63,964 bases of DNA from Ignavibacteriales bacterium (GTDB lineage Bacteria > Bacteroidota > Ignavibacteria > UBA10030 > UBA8401), in NCBI GenBank assembly GCA_016182545.1, contig JACPGG010000094.1:1-63964 (forward strand), given 5' to 3'. Positions 39,130 through 48,606 of the stretch are shown in pieces. Each line of letters opens with the position of its first letter. Within the stretch, counting starts at the first letter, position 1. The translations under genes and the position numbers were made by a program. A model generated the notes under the pieces. It had not been told where the DNA came from, ran no database searches, and saw nothing but the letters and a program-made list of their open reading frames with translations.

Positions 39130-40269
39130 ATGCAGGTTCAACGTATAATTTTATTTCTGACATTTGTCTCCGTTTTATCGACGGCTCAAATTCAACAAGA
39201 TTCATCATCCACAGCGGATTCACTTCTTGCGATTGAATTGCAATCGCAATTGCATCCTTCCACGACGATGCCCGCAGCTTCCATACGGACTGCACCGACA
39301 ACCAATCCCGATATCAGTGCGATCGGCGATTTTCGTTCCCTGTACACGACGGAAGGATCGAGAAACGTCGAAGCATATTTCAATGCTCTCGAAGTACAAT
39401 TCACATCGGTTGTCGACCCATATGCACGAGCGAATTTCATCTTTGCATTCGACAAAGATTCGCTCAATGGCGATTACGGTGCCGGATTGGAAATCGCGAC
39501 ACTGACATCGTTGTCTCTGCCGTACTCACTCCAGGTAACGCTTGGGAAATTCAAGCCGCACTTCACCAAAGTGAATCTCCTCCATCCCCATGCTTTCAGT
39601 TTCGTAGAGTTTCCAACAATGATTGGTAATTATTTTGACGGGGAGGGATTATTCATGCAAGGAATTTCAGCGAGCGTCCTGGTGCCAAATCCGTGGGATT
39701 TTTATCAGGAGTTTACATTCGAAGCGGGGAGAAGCGAAACGAACGCGTCGTTGGATAACGGCATCGACAATTCGTTATTGTATGTTGCTCACCTCGACAA
39801 TTTTTTTGAATTGTCGGACAACTCGACGCTCAATATCGGACTGTCGGGTTTGAGAGGACCGAATGCATTGGATCTGGCAACAACCATGGCAGGATTCGAT
39901 CTGACCTATAAATGGAAACCGGTGCAATACAACACATACCATTCGTTCACGTGGCAGACAGAAGGATTGATTTCGTACTCCGATACCACTGCAGGGCAGG
40001 GGGTACGAACATTCGGCGGATACTCGTTTATCGAGTATCAAATTGAAAAACGTACCTTCGCCGGTACGCGATTCGATTATTCAGGATTACCCGGCTTACG
40101 CAAAGCGGGCGAAAGAAGGATATCGTTGCTGCTCCGTTTTCAACCGTCTGAATATCAGATCCTCGCGCTCGAATTTCAAAACATTAACAGAAATTTTGCA
40201 CCAAGTTTTCAACAGATCGTGTTCAGAGCAATTTTTGGCATCGGAGCCCATGCCGCGCATCCGTATTAG
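39130..40269 (+). CDS. Hypothetical outer-membrane beta-barrel
   Basis: It has a signal peptide (FLTFVSVLSTAQ), an alternating beta-strand pattern, and a C-terminal aromatic residue (..HPY). Confidence 0.55.
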   Translation: MQVQRIILFLTFVSVLSTAQIQQDSSSTADSLLAIELQSQLHPSTTMPAASIRTAPTTNPDISAIGDFRSLYTTEGSRNVEAYFNALEVQFTSVVDPYARANFIFAFDKDSLNGDYGAGLEIATLTSLSLPYSLQVTLGKFKPHFTKVNLLHPHAFSFVEFPTMIGNYFDGEGLFMQGISASVLVPNPWDFYQEFTFEAGRSETNASLDNGIDNSLLYVAHLDNFFELSDNSTLNIGLSGLRGPNALDLATTMAGFDLTYKWKPVQYNTYHSFTWQTEGLISYSDTTAGQGVRTFGGYSFIEYQIEKRTFAGTRFDYSGLPGLRKAGERRISLLLRFQPSEYQILALEFQNINRNFAPSFQQIVFRAIFGIGAHAAHPY

Positions 40270-40295
40270 TTGCTCCATCTTATAAAGGACCTTGT

Positions 40296-41192
40296 ATGAA
40301 AAAATATATCATTATTCTTTTTCTATGCATGCTGTTTTCACTTTCATATGCCCAGATAAAAATTGTCACAACAATTCCTGATCTAAGAAGCATTGCCGAA
40401 TCGATCGGTGGCAGCCGCGTTGATGCATTTTCCATTGCAACAGGATTTCAGAATCCGCATTTTGTCGATCCCAAGCCGAGTTATATCCTCAAACTCGCCA
40501 AAGCTGATCTCTTCATCACCGTCGGGTTGGATTTGGAGACAGGCTGGGTTCCGCCACTCCTGAATAGTGCACGTAATGCGAAGATCCAAAAGGGGGGAGA
40601 GGGGTATGTCGATGCATCCGTGAATATTCCGCTACTTCAAATTCCCACTAACGTGAATCGGGCAGAAGGGGATATTCACATATACGGCAATCCCCACTAC
40701 TGGCTCGATCCGCAGAACGGCAAGATCATTGCGCAAACAATCTGTGCGGCGCTGATGCGTGCCGATCCCGATCATACGGCGGAGTTTCGTGCGAATTTGA
40801 AAAGATTCAACGATGCTATCAATGAGAAGATACACGAGTGGGGAGTGAAACTTGCAAAATATAAAAACACAAAAGTGATCGCATATCATAATGAGTGGCC
40901 CTATTTTGAACAACATTTCGGATTACAAATCGTCGATTTTCTGGAACCGAAACCGGGCATTCCGCCGACGCCGTCGCAACTGGCAAAGATCATCAACACC
41001 ATGAAACGGGAGAATATCAAGATCGTCATCAACTCGCCGTACTTCACCTCTGAATCCGCCGATCTTGTCGCCCGAAATACCGGTGGAACGGTTGTAACGC
41101 TTGCTACATCGGTCGGGGCGTATCCATCTGTAACTTCGTACACCGACCTGTTTGATTACAACGTGAAGCAGATCATCGTGGCATTGGAATAG
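40296..41192 (+). CDS. Metal (Zn/Mn) ABC transporter substrate-binding protein, ZnuA/TroA family
   Basis: It has a signal peptide and the cluster-9 SBP blocks IVTTIPDL, NPHFVDPKPS, GNPHYWLDP and YHNEWPYF. Confidence 0.85.
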   Translation: MKKYIIILFLCMLFSLSYAQIKIVTTIPDLRSIAESIGGSRVDAFSIATGFQNPHFVDPKPSYILKLAKADLFITVGLDLETGWVPPLLNSARNAKIQKGGEGYVDASVNIPLLQIPTNVNRAEGDIHIYGNPHYWLDPQNGKIIAQTICAALMRADPDHTAEFRANLKRFNDAINEKIHEWGVKLAKYKNTKVIAYHNEWPYFEQHFGLQIVDFLEPKPGIPPTPSQLAKIINTMKRENIKIVINSPYFTSESADLVARNTGGTVVTLATSVGAYPSVTSYTDLFDYNVKQIIVALE

Positions 41193-41201
41193 GAGAACGT
41201 T

Positions 41202-42023
41202 ATGACTGATATGTTTACCCAAACATTTATTTTCAATGCGCTGATCGTCAGCATTGTCATGGGTCTGATGCTGGCGTACCTCGGCATCCATGTTGTCGGC
41301 AGAGGTATCGTGTTTGTTGACCTGGCACTGGGACAGATTTCGATGCTCGGCGTTGCTGTGGGAAATTTTATCGAAAAAGATCCTACACTCGTTTCGATTG
41401 TGTTCACTATGGTGGGGGCATTCGTTCTTTCGTTCATCAAGATCAAAGATAAACGGCTGAAGCAGGAAGCGATTATCGGGATTGTCTATGCGTTCGCATC
41501 GGCTGCCACCGTGCTGTTCATTTCAAAATCACCGCACGGCGAGTCGGATATTTCGGAGGTATTGTTCGGCAGTGTCTTTACGGTAACAACAGAACAGATC
41601 GTTACCATGGCTTCCGTCTTTGCGGTCATCGGATTGTTCCATGCGGTCTTTCGGAAAAAATTTTTCGACCTCACCCGGAAATTCGAGGATCATGAGATCG
41701 AAACGATCGGTGTCTTCAATTTATGGAATTTCCTTTTCTATCTTTCCATCGGACTTGCGATCGTGCTGGCAGTACGGAGTGCTGGTGTCATACCGGTTTT
41801 TTCCTATCTTATCATTCCACCGGTATCTGCGATGCTGATGACAAGAAAACGGAATGCCGCAATTTTCGTTGCATTACTTGTTGCCGTTCTGGGGAGTTTT
41901 TTCGGCATCTATTTCTCAACACATTTCGATTTTCCGGCAGGATCATCTGTCGTAACCATACTGAGTCTGATTTTTGGAATGAGTGCACTTACCCGTTGGG
42001 TATACAATGTTATTCATCGATGA
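41202..42023 (+). CDS. Metal ABC transporter permease, ZnuB/TroCD family
   Basis: It is a protein of about 8 TM segments with the typical length and hydrophobic pattern, directly after the SBP gene. Confidence 0.8.
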   Translation: MTDMFTQTFIFNALIVSIVMGLMLAYLGIHVVGRGIVFVDLALGQISMLGVAVGNFIEKDPTLVSIVFTMVGAFVLSFIKIKDKRLKQEAIIGIVYAFASAATVLFISKSPHGESDISEVLFGSVFTVTTEQIVTMASVFAVIGLFHAVFRKKFFDLTRKFEDHEIETIGVFNLWNFLFYLSIGLAIVLAVRSAGVIPVFSYLIIPPVSAMLMTRKRNAAIFVALLVAVLGSFFGIYFSTHFDFPAGSSVVTILSLIFGMSALTRWVYNVIHR

Positions 42024-42053
42024 CGAAGTTCAAATAGCGCCGCCGTACCAATG

Positions 42054-42089
42054 AAAAAGCGCAGACCGGATCGATGCTGCGCTTTTTTT
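42054..42089. terminator. Bidirectional rho-independent terminator
   Basis: aaaaa-gcgcag-N12-ctgcgc-ttttttt has an A-run and a T-run flanking the stem. Confidence 0.8.
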
Positions 42090-42090
42090 A

Positions 42091-42183
42091 CTAACGGATC
42101 ATGAGGTAGACAGCGACGATCCATATGGAAATGCTGACGACAATGATCATGATCGAAATTAGTGTCTCAAGTATTTTCTTCAT
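42091..42183 (-). CDS. Candidate 30-aa hydrophobic peptide (below the ORF-track cutoff)
   Basis: My hand translation gives MKKILETLISIMIIVVSISIWIVAVYLMIR, ending right at the terminator. No convincing SD is present. Confidence 0.3.
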   Translation of the reverse strand: MKKILETLISIMIIVVSISIWIVAVYLMIR

Positions 42184-42267
42184 ATATGTTATGCAGATTG
42201 TGGCATCCATTTCTCATACGACATCAAACTAATTTCTATTCTGTTTTCTCCACGCTTTGTAATTTCA

Positions 42268-43089
42268 TCAGAAACCAAATCCAATTTTTAACGACAGTGA
42301 ATTCACCGCCGCGGCATTGAATTCAACAGCGATCTTTGCAAATGAAATGTATGTTACGGCACCAATGGTGCCGCGCACGCCTGCGATTGTTTCGTCATGA
42401 AGATTCACCGCCGCAGTTGTTTCGTGAGAGTTTGACAAATACGCCGAAACGCCTGCATACGGCGAAACGGAAATCCAATCGGAATAAACCGCAAATTCTT
42501 TGCTTGCCAATACATCCATTCCATAGACCGTAAAATCAAAATCTTCGGGACCGTATAAAGAGACAAAATTAAAACCGACAGATGCAGCCCAGTCGTTTCC
42601 TGCATCATTGATAAAGTTGTATTGAACCTGCCCACCCCAGAATCCATAGTTCGCTCCAGGACTTTTGGTCACATAGATACCGGCATCGATATTGTCCGTA
42701 ATACCCGATCTCAGCGTCAGACCGGGAATTCCCAATTGCTCACTTTCTTTCAACCAATGTGTAGAATCGGGATGAACGAACGTATCGTTCCAAGCGGGAT
42801 CGGCATCATTGAATGCCGTCTGCCACTGCAGGATCGATAATTCATAATTTCCGGACCCCATCGGTTTTGCATCGGTCAGCGGTCGAAAATAAACGACCAA
42901 TCCCGCTTCGTTTGTAAATTGATGCCATGCATCTTGTGTCAGTGCCGGGTCGAGTTGAAAAGAACATTCCTTCCATCGCGGATTGACGTGGAGTTTTACG
43001 TTCGTATTGCCGCTGCGTGCAAACGTCACTGATTGCAGCACGATAAACACTATTGCGGTTGCCGCTGCTTTAACAAGTTTATTTTTCAT
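42268..43089 (-). CDS. Hypothetical outer-membrane beta-barrel
   Basis: It has a signal peptide (AAATAIVFIVLQSVTFA) and a C-terminal KIGFGF. Confidence 0.6.
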   Translation of the reverse strand: MKNKLVKAAATAIVFIVLQSVTFARSGNTNVKLHVNPRWKECSFQLDPALTQDAWHQFTNEAGLVVYFRPLTDAKPMGSGNYELSILQWQTAFNDADPAWNDTFVHPDSTHWLKESEQLGIPGLTLRSGITDNIDAGIYVTKSPGANYGFWGGQVQYNFINDAGNDWAASVGFNFVSLYGPEDFDFTVYGMDVLASKEFAVYSDWISVSPYAGVSAYLSNSHETTAAVNLHDETIAGVRGTIGAVTYISFAKIAVEFNAAAVNSLSLKIGFGF

Positions 43090-43143
43090 AAAATATTCTC
43101 CTTTTGTTTGGTGAAGTGATTGATTTTTTTGATTTATGCAGAA

Positions 43144-43809
43144 TTAAAATCTGATCCCGATTCCCAGTTGAAGATAAAAAGGGACAACGGCATCCTCATC
43201 ATTGAATTGTGCCTTGGTTGCCCCCAATCTCAACGAAAGGTCGAAGAGATCGCCGAGTGTTTTGCTTCCCTGAATTCCATAGTAATGGTGTCCGCCTGTT
43301 GGGATGTACCACCCGTCTTTTATTGTCGGAATGTTTTCTTTCATAATGTCCGAATGCTCAAAGTGTGAGATGATCGATTTATCAAAACCGTACTCAAGCG
43401 CTGCGTACCATGTCTGTCTGAAATATCCGGCAACGGCGGTGAAGTCTGAACCAAACGTGATGCTTCGTACCAATGCTGTTTTGTGCCGCCGGAAATTGGA
43501 ATAGATTTTTGCTGTTACCGAAAAACCTTCCCAATCTGCTATCTCTATTTGGGCGCCGTACCGAACGTTAAAGTCGTCGAGTAAAATATCTCCCATCGGA
43601 AGAGAGTAATCTAATCCCACAACGATCGGACGGAAACCATCGATATACCGGTTGTAGCTTACCTGCGATGTCGCTCCGAAATCATATCCGAAAGAGAATT
43701 GCATGATATTATGTTGGCTGTTGTTCAACGATCGCCAGTTGATGTTTTGAGCACGGCTGCATTCTGCCGTGGCGAGTATGAGTATTATTATTTCTGATAT
43801 GTTTTTCAT
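43144..43809 (-). CDS. Hypothetical outer-membrane beta-barrel
   Basis: I placed the start at MKNISEIIILILATAECSRAQ (ATG at 43809). The C-terminus reads LQLGIGIRF. Confidence 0.55.
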   Translation of the reverse strand: MKNISEIIILILATAECSRAQNINWRSLNNSQHNIMQFSFGYDFGATSQVSYNRYIDGFRPIVVGLDYSLPMGDILLDDFNVRYGAQIEIADWEGFSVTAKIYSNFRRHKTALVRSITFGSDFTAVAGYFRQTWYAALEYGFDKSIISHFEHSDIMKENIPTIKDGWYIPTGGHHYYGIQGSKTLGDLFDLSLRLGATKAQFNDEDAVVPFYLQLGIGIRF

Positions 43810-43994
43810 TAGTATTCTCAAAATTAGATTGAAGATGTTAATTGCAGTTATGAACCATGATGCTCTAAAGATATTCAGCCAGATTTTTGTCATTCCGGCG
43901 ACCGCCAAAATCCGTACTTCCGATGTATTTTCGAACCGGGTGGCAGCGTGTGCCGGTATGACATTGTCTCTTTTTAGAGTCTTCATAACTTTTG

Positions 43995-44978
43995 TTATTT
44001 AATAGTATTTAAGTACGCTTTCGCCACAGGATAAAAATTATCCCATCCAAAGTACGGTATCTCGTGTCCCGTCCCTTTAATTTCTGTAATCTGAACGTTC
44101 GGATATGCTGCTGCAACTTCTTCCGCATGAGTCTTTCCGTACGTTTCGTTCAATTCACCGTAGACGAACAACACTTTCGTTGTGTACTGGGAAAGGTTCG
44201 TCGTAAAATCGAACGGATGATCAACGACGTAATCGAATGCCGCTTTCGTGCACACCGCACCAAATCGCCAGAAAGGATACGGTCCGGGATTTCCCACTCT
44301 ATTACCTTTTGAAAAATCTGCGGCATTTTGTAGCGCAGCTTTGTAGGCGAGTGTCACATGATCACTTCCGTTGATAATCTGATCCAGGTAAACAAAATCG
44401 TTGCTCGACTCTCCGAATACATCAAGCGTCCGTTCTTTCTCAATGTATTTCTTTGTGTCATTCCAGGTAAGACCGCCCGGTTCTATGAGAATTGCGCCGG
44501 CTACCCGGTTTGGGTATTTATTGATGTACGCCGTAGCAAGCATCGCTCCCCAGGAATGCCCGAGAAGAATAATTTTTTGACCAGGTGAAATCCTGTAAAA
44601 AGTGATGACAGCATCCAGATCGTCAATGAATATTTCTGTCGTAATCATGCCCGCGTCGTGGCGTTTTGACAATCCAGAACCGCGCTGATCGTAAAACACA
44701 ACAAAGAAACTGTCGGTATATAATCTTCCGCAATTGAGGATACTGCGATAATCTCCGCCGGGACCGCCGTGGAGTACGACAATCATCGGGTCATTCGGAT
44801 TGCCGAATGTTTCCGAATGCAGTTGTGTGCCGTTGACGAAAATGGAAGGGAGGGACGGATCCTCATCAACAGTGAGAGGAACCAACAAGCCGGGCTCATT
44901 CAATTCATGAGTATCGCATGAACTAACGATGAGGGCGAAGAGTGGCGCAACAACAAAGCACAAAAAATGTTTTTTCAT
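43995..44978 (-). CDS. Alpha/beta hydrolase, proline iminopeptidase (S33)-like lipoprotein
   Basis: It has a lipobox (LIVSSC), the VVLHGGPGG oxyanion block, the GHSWGA nucleophile elbow, and a C-terminal GTGHE. Confidence 0.8.
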   Translation of the reverse strand: MKKHFLCFVVAPLFALIVSSCDTHELNEPGLLVPLTVDEDPSLPSIFVNGTQLHSETFGNPNDPMIVVLHGGPGGDYRSILNCGRLYTDSFFVVFYDQRGSGLSKRHDAGMITTEIFIDDLDAVITFYRISPGQKIILLGHSWGAMLATAYINKYPNRVAGAILIEPGGLTWNDTKKYIEKERTLDVFGESSNDFVYLDQIINGSDHVTLAYKAALQNAADFSKGNRVGNPGPYPFWRFGAVCTKAAFDYVVDHPFDFTTNLSQYTTKVLFVYGELNETYGKTHAEEVAAAYPNVQITEIKGTGHEIPYFGWDNFYPVAKAYLNTIK

Positions 44979-45107
44979 AGATGTACCAGATTAATGAATG
45001 AAATAAGTGAATTAAAATCTGATACAAATATACGCGGAGGGGTGAGTGGATTTCGCTTCAACGTGAAGGCTGACACGGAGTTACAGGTGTCGCCTTACAA
45101 GGAGAGA

Positions 45108-45971
45108 CTACGGAGTATCGCTTGATTCGCCGGAAATCGAGGAAAAATATTCGGAAGGAGTTTTACCGGTCGCTTTTTTGAAGAATCTGTTGAAAGATGA
45201 TTTTGAGTTGAAACCGCAGTCAAAGGCAAGAGAGAGGAGTGTCAGTTGCCGGTTTTTTGGATTTTCCAGCATCCGTTTGAATTCTTCGACCCTGTATGTA
45301 TTCACAAAGTCGTAGAAATTCTTCCCCTCTTTCTCATTGATGATCTGCGAAAGGTAGTTGGTGTGAATGGCGAGTTTTGACGAAAGATCGGTGATCGCGA
45401 GGTCGCTTTTTTTATACATCGATTCTTCGGTCATGAGGCGTATCAATGCCGTATGTATTGCTTCGGCGGCTTCTTCCGTCAAACCGGACCTCCGATATTT
45501 TTCCTTTTCCATTTCATCTTCCTCGTCTGAGGATTTTGGACTATGAGAAAAAATATTTCCCTGCCTGATCCCGAAAAATCCGATGAGAAATATGAAAACG
45601 ACAACACCAGAAAAGATCAGTGGATCGCTCCCGAAAAAGATTACAAGGAACCAGATGCAGCCCAATCCGATCGTCAAGATCCTCAGCCATTGGAGGTTGA
45701 CCTTCTCCAGATCAGAAAATTGTTCACGGATATTCCGACTATGTTTCTTCAATAGCATGCCGGACCACACGACATAGAAAATACCGGAACAGGCAATGGC
45801 ATAGAACTTTATCGTGTCGAAGACTTCAAATCCCACTCCACGATTCTTGTAGATGTAAATTTTTTGGTCGGCTGGGAGGATATAAAAAGAGATCAGGTAC
45901 AGGTACATCACACCGACAGGAACAAAATGAAGCAGCAGCCACGACCGGTTCTTGGGTAATTGTTCAGTCAT
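45108..45971 (-). CDS. AraC-family transcriptional regulator with N-terminal multi-TM domain
   Basis: It has about 4 TM helices, then a linker, then an AraC HTH pair (LAIHTNYLSQIIN..., AFDCGFNSKSSFNRFFKK). I chose the start at the ATG at 45971. Confidence 0.8.
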   Translation of the reverse strand: MTEQLPKNRSWLLLHFVPVGVMYLYLISFYILPADQKIYIYKNRGVGFEVFDTIKFYAIACSGIFYVVWSGMLLKKHSRNIREQFSDLEKVNLQWLRILTIGLGCIWFLVIFFGSDPLIFSGVVVFIFLIGFFGIRQGNIFSHSPKSSDEEDEMEKEKYRRSGLTEEAAEAIHTALIRLMTEESMYKKSDLAITDLSSKLAIHTNYLSQIINEKEGKNFYDFVNTYRVEEFKRMLENPKNRQLTLLSLAFDCGFNSKSSFNRFFKKATGKTPSEYFSSISGESSDTP

Positions 45972-46091
45972 CGTCGTTGCCGAATCTCTCACGTTCAGCC
46001 TTCCCCTCCGCTCGTATTCCTGCGCGTGCTGTGTCCACAGGATGCAACCGTGCTTCGTAGTCTTCAACAATGCGGCGGAATTTGAACATGA

Positions 46092-46841
46092 TTAGAAAGG
46101 GTGTTCGAACGAGAGATATAAAAATATTCCGCTTTCCTGCCTGCCGGATGTGTAGACGATCGGAAATGCTAAGCCCGGAACGATCTGCATAGTGCCGATA
46201 TCGACGGCAAAACGGACGCCCGGGTTCAGAATTAATTCTTCCGTCCCATTGCCCGCGGTATACACTATTTCCGTCAGCAGATTGAAATTTTTGTTTGCGA
46301 GATAGATCCCGCTTGCGCCGATGAAGTACTCCGTTTGTGTTTCGGTTGTCGCTCCGATATCGACGTTCGGCAGTATTGTGAGTCCGGAGTTGAAATGGGT
46401 GATGAATTCATCGCTCCATCGCCTGCTCACCGGTAGATTGAGTTGAATACCCACGACACCGTCGCCCAATCCTTTCCCATCATTTCCGGTTGGAATGATC
46501 ACAGAAAATCGTGGGGAGACTGCAAGCCCGTCGACATTCACCAGTTGGTACCGATAATTGAAAAGAAAATCCCCCACTCCGTCAAGAGAAGAAGAGTAAA
46601 GATACGGAATGGTAATGCTCAATTGATGAGTCTGTCCGAATGCGGGCCATTCCTCAGTAAATTGTGCGGTGGAAAAAATCGTTCCGGTACTTCCTGTCCC
46701 GGTAAAAATATGTTGGACAATCCCTTCTTCCTGATTGTACGCCTCTTCGATGTAGAACGAATTGCCCTGAAATGTTTTGGAGTATTCCTGTGCAAGTACA
46801 AATGGCGAGCAGAGAACAAGAAGAAGGAAGAATTTTTTCAT
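46092..46841 (-). CDS. Hypothetical outer-membrane beta-barrel (transporter/MetA-like?)
   Basis: It has a signal peptide (LLLVLCSPFVLAQE) and a C-terminal SFEHPF. Confidence 0.6.
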   Translation of the reverse strand: MKKFFLLLVLCSPFVLAQEYSKTFQGNSFYIEEAYNQEEGIVQHIFTGTGSTGTIFSTAQFTEEWPAFGQTHQLSITIPYLYSSSLDGVGDFLFNYRYQLVNVDGLAVSPRFSVIIPTGNDGKGLGDGVVGIQLNLPVSRRWSDEFITHFNSGLTILPNVDIGATTETQTEYFIGASGIYLANKNFNLLTEIVYTAGNGTEELILNPGVRFAVDIGTMQIVPGLAFPIVYTSGRQESGIFLYLSFEHPF

Positions 46842-46877
46842 GGAAGAAAAGTAGCTATTTTTCGTTTGACTGCCAAT

Positions 46878-48077
46878 TTAAAAATAGGTCGAAAATCCGA
46901 ACTGAAATCCCGCCGTTTCCGCCGCCGGATTGCCGAGAAAATCTTTTTCCCAATGATAACGATAATTGGCTCTGAAGACGGTCTGCTGCGACGGACGGAA
47001 ACTGATGCCGGGAACGATCGCGGTGGTCTCGTCGGAAATATCTCCGCCGGTCTCGCGGAATGTGCCGACATTGTAATCGACATACTCAAGTCTCAGTGCG
47101 AGATTCAACGTGCTGTTTTTCCAGCCGAACAATTCGTCTTTCCAGATCGGTTGAACAAGACCAAGATAGCCGCCGTGCTGTTCACTGCCGAATTGCTGCG
47201 TGTAGGTTCGCGGTACATCGATGAATGCCCAGACCCATTCTCCATTGATCGAAGTATTATTTGTATACGGAATAGTCGAATTGAAGTCGAGGGCGAAAAG
47301 ATCGACACGCCGCTGCGCATCGAGCGTCAATCCATCGTCTTCAAATTTGTTGAAGACGCCCCCCATCCAAGAAATTCCTATCTCGCCGATATCGTGATGA
47401 CGCAGTGCGGTCTTCACCGTAATAAGAGGAACACCGTTGAAATTTTCCTCGAACCGCTCTGTGTTGAGTTTACTCGCCGGCAGCCATGTTTTATTTTCTT
47501 CGTTGGCAATGATCTTGTCGTCAAATCCGTTGGTAAGGTATGCCTCGTATGCCCAGACCACATTACCGACAGCAGTTTTTCCAAAAAGTCCGAAGCCGAC
47601 GTTGCTCCATGTTGACGGTATGATCGTCGTTGACGACAGGGGACGGCTGACGAATTCCCATTTCGGTCCGTCATGGTTCTGGTTGAACGCCCCGATCGGG
47701 TTCATCACAATACCGCCGCGAAAATTGAGCATCGGATGGAATTCCACATCGACTGATGCGAACTCGATATTGATCTCCCGACCACCTTCTTCAAACTCGA
47801 TCTCGGAAAGGAACTTGATACGATGCGAAATTGTGGACGACACGAAAATCGTTACCCTCGGAAGTTGAAACGACAATCCTTCAGAAACGCCGTCTGTAGA
47901 AAAATAACTCGAGTTTGCTTCAACGTATCCTCCCAGTGACACCGGAAGCGAACCCATCCGCAAGAACGGGCGGCGGTAGACAGCATCCATATTGAGACCG
48001 GAAACCGGTTGAGATGTGGAATCATATTGGGCGAAGCAGACGTTCAGCGCGATTGTGAAAAGGTAAAATTTTTTCAT
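46878..48077 (-). CDS. Hypothetical porin-like outer-membrane beta-barrel
   Basis: It has a signal peptide (FTIALNVCFAQ) and a C-terminal FGFSTYF. Its start overlaps the Rieske gene stop (ATGA). Confidence 0.6.
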   Translation of the reverse strand: MKKFYLFTIALNVCFAQYDSTSQPVSGLNMDAVYRRPFLRMGSLPVSLGGYVEANSSYFSTDGVSEGLSFQLPRVTIFVSSTISHRIKFLSEIEFEEGGREINIEFASVDVEFHPMLNFRGGIVMNPIGAFNQNHDGPKWEFVSRPLSSTTIIPSTWSNVGFGLFGKTAVGNVVWAYEAYLTNGFDDKIIANEENKTWLPASKLNTERFEENFNGVPLITVKTALRHHDIGEIGISWMGGVFNKFEDDGLTLDAQRRVDLFALDFNSTIPYTNNTSINGEWVWAFIDVPRTYTQQFGSEQHGGYLGLVQPIWKDELFGWKNSTLNLALRLEYVDYNVGTFRETGGDISDETTAIVPGISFRPSQQTVFRANYRYHWEKDFLGNPAAETAGFQFGFSTYF

Positions 48078-48502
48078 ACTAAATGGATATAAATATTGTT
48101 TTGGTCAGTTGTGATCCGATACGATTGCAGCGGTTCTTCTGCGGGACCGTGAAGCACGCGTCCCGAATTTTTGAATTCGCTTCCATGAGCAGGGCAGGTG
48201 ATGATGTCGCCGTTCACATTCAACTCCGTCCCTTGATGCGTGCATTGGAGAAGCAGCGCCGTAAACTCGCTGTCTGAGAATCTATAGAGCGCAAAAGGAT
48301 ATTGGAGTCCCGACGTTTTGACGATGATGTATCGGGCGATGTTTTCATTCGTTCCGAATTCCGAGCGGGAGATCCGCACTACGTTGTTCTCAGTCTCGGC
48401 ATACAGATAGTTCACGGGAGAACATCCCTGCAACAATGCGGCGATTCCGTTCAAGCCAAGACAGCCATAACCACAGGAGATGAGAAATTCTTTTCGATTC
48501 AT
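48074..48502 (-). CDS. Rieske [2Fe-2S] domain protein, exported (lipoprotein/Tat-like signal)
   Basis: It has the CTHQG...(16)...CPAHGSEF Rieske ligand motif. I chose the ATG at 48502 because the TTG at 48535 lies inside a repeat element. Confidence 0.8.
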   Translation of the reverse strand: MNRKEFLISCGYGCLGLNGIAALLQGCSPVNYLYAETENNVVRISRSEFGTNENIARYIIVKTSGLQYPFALYRFSDSEFTALLLQCTHQGTELNVNGDIITCPAHGSEFKNSGRVLHGPAEEPLQSYRITTDQNNIYIHLV

Positions 48503-48520
48503 GGTAAAGGAAGAGTGAAG

Positions 48521-48599
48521 TGTTTCAGGTTTCAAGTCCCAGTTTCAGAAACAGGTTTGGAAAAATTTGTGTACCGCCTGAAACGTAAAACTTGAAACC
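48521..48599. repeat. Intergenic palindromic TTTCAGG/CCTGAAAC element, copy B
   Basis: gtttcagg (48522-29) pairs with cctgaaac (48577-84), and ggtttcaagt (48528-37) pairs with acttgaaacc (48590-99). It shares gtttcagaaaca with copy A. Confidence 0.8.
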
Positions 48600-48606
48600 A
48601 AATTAT

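Noticed and set aside
43810-43986. 59-aa N-terminal extension of the OM-barrel ORF 43144..43986
   Set aside because: The extension lacks a signal peptide and runs through intergenic repeat-like sequence (gtcattccggcg...). The internal ATG at 43809 gives a canonical signal peptide.
46443-47615. 390-aa plus-strand ORF across the two OM-barrel genes
   Set aside because: The opposite-strand ORFs have signal peptides, beta-strand periodicity and C-terminal Phe. This ORF has Arg-rich, odd composition and no start context, so I treat it as an antisense artefact.
48503-48535. TTG start at 48535 for the Rieske protein
   Set aside because: The TTG and the first 11 codons lie inside the palindromic TTTCAGG element. 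The ATG at 48502 gives MNRKEFLISCG..., a normal exported-protein N-terminus.
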